Below, in pieces: positions 36,573 to 49,100 of a stretch of 64,000 bases of DNA; positions within the stretch are counted from its first letter, which is position 1, and each line of letters begins with the position of its first letter. The DNA is from a virus. Location of the stretch: IMG/VR virus record IMGVR_UViG_3300042309_002320, positions 37,116 to 101,115 of that record; one strand, given 5' to 3'. The notes below the pieces were generated by a model. That model was not told where the DNA came from and searched no databases. It was given only the letters and a program-made list of their open reading frames with translations. A program made the translations under genes and the position numbers.

Positions 36573-39500
36573 CTATGAATAAAAATATGGACCCCTTGCT
36601 CTTCCAATTTCGCCGCACCAGAATGGTAAATTATTAGTATCAATTAATTCTTCACTATCGCAGGACAAATCTATCATATCTTCTGTACCATCAGGAATTA
36701 ATGGTGGAGAAGTTTCTCCGTATACGCCGTCCAATCTCGGAACAGAAGTTTTATTACCCCAAAACGTAGTATTTGCTGTTCCATCTTTTTGTCTTGGCAA
36801 AGGAGGTGGAACATTTGGTAATGGAGCAGTCGGCCCAGTCGTCTGAGTTGTTCCAGCGTCTTCATCATCCGGATCTGGTGGTATAACAGGATCCCATCCG
36901 ATATCTGTTAATCTAGACTTAACAGTACCATCTTTTACAAATATCTTATCAACAACCAACCATCCACTGATCGTCACATCTCCATATAAAGTTCTTGGTG
37001 TCAAAGAATTTGTTCCGACATCTTCGCTTGCAATTAGATACGGCTCATCTGTATTAACAGTAACGACTGGATATCCTGTAGTAACAACATTATTAAAATT
37101 TTGAAAATATGCTGCTTTATGCCATTGATGAATATCTGGTAAAAAGTATTTTCTAGTATTATTAGTCAGTATTCTATAACTATTACTACCTACTGGCAAT
37201 ATGGTATATGCTCCGTCATTCAGTATCTCAGCAGTAGATTGAGATGATGTTAGTCCTGTCGGAGCGCCATTATGAAGCCAGTTCATATATTTTAATGAAT
37301 TAATATAACTAACAAAAGTTACTGGCTTATTACCCATATTTGATTTAATAGAATATGAATTATTAATACCATTGGTGCTGAATATGATACCACCTTCTGG
37401 TTGGTTTGTCATATCAGAAATATACAGACCGCTACTAAATGGATCATTGCCGGTGGCAACAGCATTTAGAAAAATATTATATTGAGCATTTGTGACTTCA
37501 TATTTACCTATTCTATAATTTTTATTAACTTTACCCAAATTATCAATAGGTACTAACGAATATGAATTTCCATTTCTAAGATAAAGATTTCCGGTATCAG
37601 GTATATTGTCTCCATCTGTTACAATAACAAATTGAAGACCTAATATGGAACTTATAATATTATTATCTGTTTGTCCTTCGGTGCTTGCGACTCTAAATCC
37701 GATATGATCATGTCCACTATTAGCTGTTGCATATTCTATACTTTTTAGATATACTGATGGATCGTTTCCAATTGCTGAGATTGTTTCAAAAGAGCCACCA
37801 GCGGCCATCTGGCTACTAGCGGTATATTCTTTTACTGCCGGATCTATCCATTCTGCGACGTTTCCATTTTGATCATAAGTACCGTAATAACTATCTACTC
37901 CATTAGTGCCAACAGAAGAAACTATACCACTAAATAAATTATCAGTAGCATTATAGTTAAAATTAGCAGTGCTGAATGAACTGTTTATTCCACTGCCACC
38001 TGTATTTATAAGAATAGCAGCAATATCGTTAGCATTAGTAGCATAGGGTGTATAGATACCGGAAAATCTTTCTACAGAACCTATATTGGCGTAGACTTTA
38101 AGCGCTGGGCTAGGATCATTACCATAGATAGCAAAATTAATATCTTTTCTACCAGTATTAAATTCTGTGTCAACTAATGGTCTTATACTCAAAACATTAG
38201 AGCTTGAATCAGGGATTACTCCAACAACACTCTTTTGCATTGTTAAGTAACCAGCGCGAGTGATGGATACTACAGATACGGCGTTAATCGTTGTTGTTGT
38301 AACATTTTGATCTAATAATAATTCTATTATAAAACCATCGTCAAATACTATATCTGTAACTATTCTATAAACTGTCGCTGTTCCTGTTACTATTTCTACT
38401 TGATCTCCAACAGCGAATTCATCAACTGGAACATCAGCATCAAATATAATTTGTTTTAAACATATGCTGCCTGTTCTGGCATTAAACTTTGTCCAAATAA
38501 TATCTTGTTCGGTAAGAAAATAATCATTAATATCGTATAGGCCTTGAATATATCCATTAGATGATGTGGTAAGAATTTTATTAGAGCCAACATTACTAAT
38601 ATTAATACTATTTCCACTAACAGATATTCCACTTGCGGCTAATATACGACCACTTGTTGAAACACTAAGTAAGCTGCCTGTTGCTAAATTATCTAAAAAT
38701 AAATTAGTAGGATAAAGATTTGTAATAGCTAATGAGCCTTGTGAAGATATTGAGCCAGAGCCAAGTGATAATGTATTAAAACTCGCAGTAATGTTACGGT
38801 TGGCATTTGTAAATGTAAGAGATGTATTATTTTGTGTACCAATGGATAATGAGTTCAATGTTGAAGCATTAAATGATGATCCAGAGATAGTTACCGAGCC
38901 ATTACTATTTAGATTTATTCTTTGTTGATTATTATATCCTATATTAATATTGTTTAATGATCCTGATATTAAACTTTGTTGATTATTACCAGAACTAACG
39001 CTAAGAACTAATCCGCCATAACCATCTGTAGTGTTAGATGCTATACTATATAATTGAGCATAGTCTTTTTGATTATTATTAGAGTCTTTACCAGCTAAAT
39101 TAACTATTGAGCAAACATCTCCATTATTCAAACCTGATGGTTTATGATATACTGTGAGTTTTGCAGGTTGGCATGTGGTCCTATTTTCTAATCTTAGTAT
39201 CTCACTACAACTATAATTAACAACATGAAAAATAGTTTGTGGTCTTGATCCTGATGGAATATTAATTCCTACTCTACCATCATAACTAAAGAATAGATTA
39301 CGATAGTTTTGACCACTACCATAAATTATAAAATCGCTACTTTTTAGATCTTGATTAAATATTGTATTAGCATTACCAGATGTTGGGATAATTGAATGAG
39401 CTAATGATTCGGAACTTGATCCTAGCAATAGCTTATTGGTGTTTCCGGAACTCCAGTATAGTCGTGATCCTAGTAATCCATTTGAGCCATCATTATATTG

Positions 39501-40163
39501 AAAAGAATAAATATCTCCTCCTGGATTGGCTTGAGCAGAAAAATTATCCTCGTATGATAGTGCTGAAGAATATTTGTCGTTCTGGTTTAAACTATACCAA
39601 GTTTGTCCATCGCAAACCAGCCTGATTGGGTTTTGAACAGATGAGAATATTGAGCCATTATGGTCTCTAATAATAACGGAATGACCATCCGATAAGGGTT
39701 TAATATCCACAACTAAATTTCTACATGTTTTCGGATCCGGCAAAGAGCAGTCTATATTTTGAATAGTATTATCTACTATATAAATACTAGTAACAGAGTC
39801 TATACTAAAATGATTATTTTTTAGAACAACATTATGAAAATTAGTATTAAAATTAGAACTATTTACAAATAGATAAAACTCATTATTGGAACCAGAGAAT
39901 GCTTCTTTATTATTGTTTTTAGATGAATTAGATATTTCTATTCTTTTAATAACTATATTTCCATCTAATAATTGTACTTCTCCAACCCCTATTTCCCATT
40001 TATAGTTATCCTTAATGTTTCTAACAAGATAAGGAATATAGTATCCAATGCTACTATTATCTAATGTTTGATATCCATTAATAGATTTATTAGGTACAAA
40101 ATAATCATTATTAATTGAGCAATAAAAACCTATATTATTAAATATTTTAGTAGTTTTATTCAT
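36573..40163 (-). CDS. Tail fibre/receptor-binding protein with a C-terminal permuted FGE/SUMF1 domain
   Basis: WEIGVG...KRIEISNSS fibre N-terminal motif; DGRVGIN; YGTYDQNGNVAEW...GFRVAS...YRIGKYEVTN...WHKAAY. First gene after the TMP. Confidence 0.7.
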   Translation of the reverse strand: MNKTTKIFNNIGFYCSINNDYFVPNKSINGYQTLDNSSIGYYIPYLVRNIKDNYKWEIGVGEVQLLDGNIVIKRIEISNSSKNNNKEAFSGSNNEFYLFVNSSNFNTNFHNVVLKNNHFSIDSVTSIYIVDNTIQNIDCSLPDPKTCRNLVVDIKPLSDGHSVIIRDHNGSIFSSVQNPIRLVCDGQTWYSLNQNDKYSSALSYEDNFSAQANPGGDIYSFQYNDGSNGLLGSRLYWSSGNTNKLLLGSSSESLAHSIIPTSGNANTIFNQDLKSSDFIIYGSGQNYRNLFFSYDGRVGINIPSGSRPQTIFHVVNYSCSEILRLENRTTCQPAKLTVYHKPSGLNNGDVCSIVNLAGKDSNNNQKDYAQLYSIASNTTDGYGGLVLSVSSGNNQQSLISGSLNNINIGYNNQQRINLNSNGSVTISGSSFNASTLNSLSIGTQNNTSLTFTNANRNITASFNTLSLGSGSISSQGSLAITNLYPTNLFLDNLATGSLLSVSTSGRILAASGISVSGNSINISNVGSNKILTTSSNGYIQGLYDINDYFLTEQDIIWTKFNARTGSICLKQIIFDADVPVDEFAVGDQVEIVTGTATVYRIVTDIVFDDGFIIELLLDQNVTTTTINAVSVVSITRAGYLTMQKSVVGVIPDSSSNVLSIRPLVDTEFNTGRKDINFAIYGNDPSPALKVYANIGSVERFSGIYTPYATNANDIAAILINTGGSGINSSFSTANFNYNATDNLFSGIVSSVGTNGVDSYYGTYDQNGNVAEWIDPAVKEYTASSQMAAGGSFETISAIGNDPSVYLKSIEYATANSGHDHIGFRVASTEGQTDNNIISSILGLQFVIVTDGDNIPDTGNLYLRNGNSYSLVPIDNLGKVNKNYRIGKYEVTNAQYNIFLNAVATGNDPFSSGLYISDMTNQPEGGIIFSTNGINNSYSIKSNMGNKPVTFVSYINSLKYMNWLHNGAPTGLTSSQSTAEILNDGAYTILPVGSNSYRILTNNTRKYFLPDIHQWHKAAYFQNFNNVVTTGYPVVTVNTDEPYLIASEDVGTNSLTPRTLYGDVTISGWLVVDKIFVKDGTVKSRLTDIGWDPVIPPDPDDEDAGTTQTTGPTAPLPNVPPPLPRQKDGTANTTFWGNKTSVPRLDGVYGETSPPLIPDGTEDMIDLSCDSEELIDTNNLPFWCGEIGRARGPYFYS

Positions 40164-40164
40164 A

Positions 40165-43100
40165 TTATGTTAATGATCTAGGATCAATATCTATATTAAA
40201 ATTAATAGTATTATTTTCTGGATTTTTGGCTTTTAGGTCTCTAAACGCCCCCTTAATTGCTGATACCACAATTCCTGCTATATCTGGTCGTAATTGATTC
40301 AAAACCGTGTCTCCGTTGATGGTTACAACAACATCATGTTTTCCGGTAATAGTAATTTGTGGAGGAATATAAATATTACTAAGTATATTAGCAATATTAT
40401 TTAATCTATTAACAAAGTTATCAATACTAGCAATATCGCCGCTAGTATTAGATACACCACCAGCAGCATTGTTTGGTTGTTTTAGATTGGACAATGCTTT
40501 GTCGAATGCTTCTGTGATACTACTTGTTATGGATCCGACTAGACCATTAAGATATTTTGTAAAATCGAATGATTGAGCATTTCCCATCATACCACCTAAG
40601 AATTTATATTGTGGTATGTACCCACCTTTATTTAGATAGTTAACTATTCCACCTCTAGCATAATTTCCGCTATTTATTGCTTCTAATACTGGTTTATATT
40701 TTTGAGTTGATTGTCTATTAATAACAAATTCGCCAGGCGTTAACATAGCCGGAACAGTATCTGTGCCTTTTGGAGCAAAATTAACAAAGGAGCCACCGCT
40801 AGCATATAATGGAACAGGACCTCCCTTAGCAAGTTTCATAGAAATTCCTTCTGGTAATCCTGCTTGTTTTGCTTCTTCTTTAATCTCTTCTTCTTTTTCT
40901 TTGATTCTAGCTTCTAATAATGTAATCAGTCTCGACGATGTTGGCAAAGCGCCATAAATATTACCAGTTAATAATAAGTGTGCTTCTGTTGCTTTTTTCT
41001 GTAGATTATCTATATCTGTGGCTCGTACCGCATCGGTTCTTAAAGATTTTATATTATTTTCAATTTTATCTACAGATAATCCTTTATATAATAGAGAATC
41101 TTGAACATTATACCACTCTCTTAGTTGATTCAAAGCGTCTATGAAGCTAGTATCATATAATTTTCTTCCTTTTTTATCGGTAGCTTTTGTATAATATTCT
41201 TTTAGTATATCAATTATATTTAATCTAGTCTTGGGTCCAGAAAATAGATTTTCAGGCGTTAATGCCATTTTATGAACATCTTGCCATGTTGTGGCTCCAG
41301 CATATTCTGGTTGTTTTCCTTTTGGATTTGTTCCGCTCTTTAGGCCAGTCTTAGGATCAACATCGTGTAGTATCGCGCCTTCTGCTAGATCAGTAATTTG
41401 ATCAGATACTCCAATATCCACATCTCCTCCAGCAAAAGCTTTAGATCGTATTAAGGCAATTTCTCTATTTATAGCAGTAAGTACTGTTTCTTGGGTTATT
41501 GGTGGCGTTTTACGAAAATATAATGTTTTATCAAGACCTCCTTGATTAACTGTTACTGGATCCCCATATAATTTTCTATCTACTGGGATACCTAAGTTTT
41601 TCAAATATTCAGCACTTTGTGCAGGATTAGCTGGCTTATATAAGTCTACATATAATGATCTCCATGCATCTATAATAGCTCTTCTAGGAGATGTTACGTC
41701 GTTAATGTTGGTAGCTTCTTGTGCTAATTTTCCGGCTATCATACCAACTTGACTAATTTTATCTGGTGGGGTAGCTGATATTTTTATTCCTGTTCCATCA
41801 GCTAAATTTTGTGATAATACTGGTTGAATAGCACGGGCTATTGATAATCTGATTGGTTCACTAAACTTAGCTTCATCGCTAGTTACTTTTTCTCTTTGTA
41901 CTGTTGCTGCTTTAGTTTTAGCGATTAATGTCCTAGCATTCTTTATATCTTCTTCTCGCTTCTTTTTGTAATTTTCTGCAAAAAAGTTTTCGACAGGAAT
42001 TATATTCTTTCTACCATTAGTAGATGTTATTACGCTAGCTTTTTCTGAATCCTGTAAGCTCATTTTATATGTATCTGGTATATCAGTAAATAAACTAGAA
42101 TCAATCAAACCTATATTTTCACCATTAAGATTATATTTAAATGGTTCTCCTGGAGGAGCAGTCTCTTGACCTGTTAATACGTCATATATTGGAGTATTAT
42201 TCTTTAAATTTCCTAATAAAACATCTATAGAATCAGCATATAAAGATTTATTATTAGTTGATAATAATTCTGCTAATGGAAATTTAGATTTTGGATCTTG
42301 TGGTTTAACTATAATATAATTTAAAGGATCTCCAACAAAAGCCTTACTAATCGTATCATATAGTTTGCCATTGATTTGATCATATGTGAAATTAAATGGA
42401 GCAGTATCATATACTGATGGGGTTGTGGTAATCAATTTAACAAGTCCATCTTTACCTCCAATACCAAAAGCTGTCTGAGAACCACTAAAAATTTCTTCTC
42501 TAGCCCCTTGTATAGTATTGAATGCATTAGAAATCCATGGTAATTTTCTTGGATTTTTAGCGGCACCTGTGATCCTATCTTTCTGACTAATTTCTATAAA
42601 ATCATTTTCAGATAGAGCAAATTTATTAGCATCATCAATATTCTTATATGCACCATTTTTTATAATATCATTTTGTTGTAAAATATTTTTCCATTGATCT
42701 TTTGGTATATTATATAATGTTATTGGAAATTCTATTCCTCCTTTATCGAATGGTTGACCGAGATTAAAACTAGCCCTAAAAGTATTTCTATTATATAAAG
42801 CTTCTAAATCAGCTAAATATTTTTTAATATTTAATGATGATTGTGACTCAACAAAATCTTTTTCTTTTTTCATATTATCTATAGCATTTTCGATAGCATT
42901 ATAAATTGTATCATTCTTAACAATATCCGTATTTAAATATGATAACTGAGACTCTACGTCATTGTATGGAATATGCCAATCAGATGCTGTTTGGGCATAT
43001 TGCTTTAATCCTCCAGCTCCGCCACCACGAAAACTACCTATGCTTCTAAAATTATCTATACCGGCTACAACTTGTGTCATACCACTTAATGCAGATTGTC

Positions 43101-46100
43101 TAAAACTAAGTATATTTCCTAAACCAGATCCTCCAGCGGCTCCTAAAATAGAAGGATCTTTTGTTAATAATCCTGGATTTGTAGTATCTTCATATGATAA
43201 TCCCTCTAATATATAATCATTCCCTACTGATCTTACTTTAACAGAAGACTGAAAATTAGGAGCTTTCGATTTTTGAATGTTATTTAGTATTTCTTTTATA
43301 TTCTTAAATTTATATTTATCATTATAGGTTTGTAAAATATTTTGATAATTCTTTTTAACAGTATCAAAATCGAGCTGTCTTATAGGCAATAAAGAAATTT
43401 TATCTCCATCTAAAACAGTATTACTTAAGTATGATGAATCTGGAAGTCTACCTACACTTTTAACTGAAATACCGGCATTTTGAGTGGTAGATGGAATAAT
43501 TTTAGGAAAAGAAAGATTCGAACCAAATACAGCGTCTGTGACACCAATATCTGCCATTTGTATACTTACACCATCATATCCGATGCCTCTTCTGGCGTTT
43601 AAAGTACCAAGCTCAAGACCTGGTTTATTGTTACTACCTCCTCGAACTCCGGCAAATTCTCCCAATGGTCCAGATTTTTCTGAAATTGCATAATATGAAT
43701 TGGGAAATTCATAGATTGGGTTGCTAGTTATTGCTGATCCAATACCAGTATTAGGTTTAACATAATCTGAAATATTCTTATCTAATGCTGGATATGTTCC
43801 ACTTGTTATTAAGTCTTGTTGATTTCTTGATGCATAATCAGCTCCTAGAAAATCCATACCTCTAGCTTTCCATTTTTTATCAACAACAAGTCCACCATCA
43901 GCATAGTAACTTACCCTACCTCCTTTATTATAATTTCCACTATTAATAGTTTTTAGTAAAGATAAATTATTTTTTGTAGCGCTCTTATTAACAACAAACT
44001 CTCCAGGAGTTAACATAGCAGGAACAGTATCTGTTCCTTTGGATTGAAAATTAATTTGTTGGCCTTCGCTGGCATAAACCACGCCGCCAAGTCTCATACC
44101 GGGTGCTGGTTTACCATTATTTGCAAGTTCTACTAATTTCCATATACCATTTCGCATTTCATCTAATACTTGGTTTTCAAAATTAAGCTTAACACCTTGG
44201 ATAGAATGGGCTAATTTTTCTGCTGCTATTTCAGCAGTATTTTGTGCCATAAGTTGTTGAATTTGTCCAAGCATCATATTAGCTTGAGATTGTTGAGCAA
44301 GACTACTTTTATAGTAGGCTATTGCTTCCTGCATTTCTGGATCTTCTTCTGGGTTTCTTAAACTATCTAATACTTGAGCAAATAACGGATTTACGCCTTG
44401 TCCGCTTTCTTTTAACATGCTTTCTAGTACATTTGCTCTTAATTCATTTTGTTTTTGTCCTTCTCCTAGTAATGGAGCTATCATATTAAATGTTTGAAGA
44501 TCTTCGCCTCTTTGTTCTGATGTGCTTAAATTAGTTCTACCAGCCATATTATTACTTAATCGAGCTATAGAATTATTTAATTTAGCAACTTCTCCTGGAT
44601 CGGAGGTAACAACTTTTTCAAGCAAGTTCATGCCAGCTTGTCTTTTAGCTTGAACTTCTTGAATTTTATTCATAGCGGCCTCGGCCATTTCTGTGCTATC
44701 CGCCATCTGTTTTAATGCTTCATAATTTTCTCTTAGACTAACATTAACGTTACGCAATCTATTTTGCATTAACATAAACTCATCACGACCAGCTGGTCCT
44801 CTATTAGCAGCAGTATCGCTCATTCCTTGTATTTGTGATCTAGTATTTTCTAGATTAAGAATATTTTGACCAATAGCAGCAGGATTTGTTGGTCCTCCTG
44901 TTAATGAGCGTGTTTGTTCATTAGCTATTTGTTGTTGTTGAAATAATGAAGTTGATTTCCCAAAAGCTTCATTAAGTTTTAGTAATCCTTGCGTTTGAAT
45001 ATCACTGGCTCTTCTAAATCGTGAATTAGCCTCTATTTGATAATCAACCATTTGATTCATAGCATTAGAATAATCATTTAGATTTTTTTGATAAAATTCT
45101 AGTGCTTTTATGGCTGTTTCTTCTGCTCTTCTAGCAGATCCTATAGCGTCTGCAAATGCTGGTACTTGTTCAACAATCTCGTCAAAACTTACATCTTTAG
45201 CGTCTGTTCCGCTTTTACTAATTTCAGCAAAAGCTTTATTGACTTGATTACTAAGTTTATCAGTAAGATTGCTTGGTAAACCTAAGTCTCTTAAATTTTT
45301 ATCTAATGATGAGCGAATACCAGCAGCTATTCTTTCATTAGTAGCTTCTGGATTCTTTTCTATTTCTCTATTTACAGTAGATAGTACTGTCTTTTCTAGT
45401 TTGTTACCTAAGCCAAGAAGAGGGCTAACAATATCAGATTGCGATCCAAAAAATCCAGCAGCTTGACTCACTGCTTCTTTTCCTTCTCTTGGACTATAAG
45501 CGTCTAGGTTTCTTAACACATTTAAACTTTTAATAGCTATCTCACCAGATTTTGCATTACCGCTTAATGCTGCTGCTGATAATTCTGCTGATCTGCCCAT
45601 ATTATCTAGTTCAAAAGATGTTTTTTCAATCGACTGATCCATATTATTAAACATACGTTCTAAACTAACAATAAATTTTTTCATCTCTCTATTAAGTTTA
45701 TCAATTTCCATGGATCGTAAAGAAGCTTCTAAGTTGATACGAGCCCTATACTCTGCCTCTTGAGCTATAACATTACGTTCCATAGCGGCTTTTTGCTGAT
45801 CGCTGAGATTATTACTTGCTCGTATTCTTAATATTTGTTCTTGAATAACTGGATTACTTTGAGCTATATTTTTAGCAAGCTGTGTGGGAGCACCGGTTGC
45901 ATCTTTTAATTCTCCCATAACGTCTTGCATACTAGTTCCTGTTCTTAATTTCTCTTCAAACAGTCTGAGGGTAGCATCAGCAACTGGTTTGTAAGCAGCA
46001 GATTGCTCTTTGGCCATATCGGGAGCCATTTTTTGCATATAGAAGTTTCTAGTTTTTTCTCCGCCACCAAAGGTATCAGTAGATGCTATATATGCTCCAA

Positions 46101-49100
46101 TTCCTTGTTTTTCTAATATCATACTCCTTTGAGCAGCCTCGCTTCCTCCTCCCAAAGCATCAAAAAGATTAACCCACATAGCTTTAGGAACTTCAGCATC
46201 TATACGTATACCTTCGGCAACATTCGTGCCGGCAATGCTTAATTCTTGTCGAATATTATCTAATAAATCTAATCTTGTTATGTCTTTACTAAAATCTTCG
46301 AATGCATTACTTACTTTTTCCATAGCGTTTTCAACATTTTTTGCTGCTAATGCTTTATCAAATTCTCTAGCCGCATTATGAGCGTCTTTTAATGCTGCTG
46401 CTATTCCAATAGCTGCCACTCCTATAACTGCTCCAGCAGCAACAAAAGGATTACTCATAAATTTTATTATTTGTGGACCAATACTACTTGCTAAATTACC
46501 AACACTTCCACCCATAGAGCTTAGACTTTTTATAGTAGAGTCAACAGTGCCAGGTAATTGAGAGAGCGCAGCAAGACCAGTACCAAAAGTTGAACCGAAG
46601 CTCTCTATGCCAGCGGCGGCAACAACAGACCCTCTATCATTTTCTCCACCAAACATTTTTATAGCACTAGATAGAGCGGAAGTAAATGCTGTCACTCCTA
46701 CTGCCCCCTTGGTCATATAAGAAGACATTTTATTTAGAGATTTTATATTATCGTCGTAGCCTTTACTAGCTTCTATAAGACCTGCACTAGCTAATGATTC
46801 CGCAGCTGCTGTTGTTATTCCAAGTTGTTCAGCTAATTTTTCTGATGCTATTTTTTGAGCTTCTGCACTAGTCATTGTACCATGGAATACTTGTTGTAGT
46901 TTTGTAGAACTACTAATGATATCATTTAAATTTAAGCCTTTACTAAATCCACTAGTAATTTCTGTAGCAATACTAGCTAATTCTTTTGATGCTAACGCTG
47001 GATTTATTTCTTTTATTTGTGCAATTAGTGAGTCCTGTATAGATTGTACTTCTGTATTTGCTTTATCTTTAACGTCTGTGCCTTTCTTTTTAGATGAATC
47101 ACTTAATTCTTTTAGTTTAGTCTGTTTTTCTGTTTTAGACAAAGAAGCATCGTTCAATATTTTGGCTTTTTGTGATTGGTATTCTGATTTAATAGCGTCT
47201 AGATCTGCTTTTTTTCTTTGATTAATAGTTTCTAATCTGGTTTTATTTTCTAATGCTAAAATTCTAAGAGTATTTTGTTTTTCTGCCGGATTCATAAGTT
47301 CTTTAGCACTATCAATTAGAGCTTTTCTCATTTGAGCTACTTCTTGATCAAAACTAATACCTTTTGCTTTTGCTCTTGAGGCAACTAGATCTGTATCGTC
47401 TTGTGTTCCACTAAAAGAACCCGCCGAAACTGGCCTTGGAGGAACCGGTGGCGGAGCTGGCCTTGGAGGAACCGGTGGCGGAATTGGTCTTGTTGGAACA
47501 GGCGGTGAAACCGCCGAAACTGGCCTTGGAGGAACCGGTGGCGGAATTGGTCTTGTTGGAACAGGTGGTGGAGCCGCCGAAACTGAACTTGGTGGAACCG
47601 ATGGTGGAACAAACTGAGTTGGAGCCGCTGATGAAGAGCCGGGCGCAGATTGCGCTCTACTACTGCTTAATGATTTTTCTGACTCAATAGCTTGAACAGC
47701 GCCAGTTTTACGAATCTCTATTAGTTGAGCTTCTAGTTTTCTAATTTGTTCTAGTTCAGATGCTGCTACAGCTAATTTTTCTTCATAACGTTTGGCCAAC
47801 TCTTCTGGACTACCACTACTTCGCCCAGTTAGTCTAGCATCTATGGCTCCTCCTTTTGTCTTATAATCTCCTCCGTATGCTGCTATTTCTTCTCTTTCTA
47901 TTCTACCAATCTCCTCTGGTGATGCTTTGCTGATTAATTCTTTAGCGACGCTACCAACCGGACCTTCTGTAGAATATCTTTTTAATAATTCTTCAGAACT
48001 TTGTGCGGGATTAGCCGCATAGTAAACTTTTCGTTGACGTTCATATAATTGTCTTCCGCCACCAACATCTTTTGGACCTTCTCCTCCCAAACCTCCCTGA
48101 AAACCTAATTTAGTAGCCGCTGTTCTATATATACCAACTAATTCAGCTTCTATTTTTTCAATAGCTTTTTGTGCTTCTTTACTTAATTCTCCACCATCTT
48201 TAAATTTTCTAATTCCAATACCTCCTCCTTTATTTAGTCCCAGAGCCTTCGTTGCTTTTTCTCTTATTATAAAACTTCCTACTGGTAGATTTGTTGGTAT
48301 GCTATCACTAGTACCACTTCCCGGACCATTAAATATGCTAATTCCACCATCACTAAATCGCCCCATACCATTTTTATCAGCTTGATTCATACGGCTTAGT
48401 GTTCCATAACCAATTCGTTTAGCAAGTTTAGGAGGCACATAAGCCTCGCCGTTACTTACTAAGGCCGGAACAGAACCACCATCAGCAAAACGGTCTATGG
48501 GTCCACCATCGGCTCTTTGAAAATATGATAGGGCCATGCTTCTAGAATCAACAGGTTTTTGTGCTTTATTATTATTTCTTTTTACTTGTTCTGGATCATT
48601 AAGCAAGGTGGGACTCTTGCTATAACCGCTCTGTAGTATCCAAGCCGGATCGGTTGCTGGAGGCCATGTTTCTCTTCTTCCATAAAGCTTAGGATCTATT
48701 AGTGCTTGGTTTTTAGTCCAATTTTCTGGTTCTAATGGTGTTTTTTTAACATCTCCTCTGTTTTTAAAGTAATAAGCCCAGACCTTTTGAGCATCCGCAC
48801 TTACCATACTTCTGTCAGAAGTTAGCATATCTCCTTTTTCACTAACAGCTTCCATAGCCACATCATACAATCTTGGTCCATATCCTTTAGTAGCTTTTGA
48901 TAATCCAACATACCATAGATTATCTTTATATTTCATTGCTTGTACATATCCTGATCTACTCTCATTTTTAAGATATCCAACACTAAGCATATTTCCATCT
49001 TCTGTAACGCTTATTTTTCCAAAATCTTTTTCTTTTTTATTTGTTTGTTGGCTTCTATTTCCGTATAATCCTTGCATTAATCCCGACATAGCTTCTGTAG

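Noticed and set aside
24520-37975. Diversity-generating retroelement targeting the C-lectin/FGE domains
   Set aside because: No reverse transcriptase and no near-identical TR/VR pair with adenine-specific differences in the window. The three copies appear broadly diverged. A trans-acting DGR elsewhere cannot be excluded.
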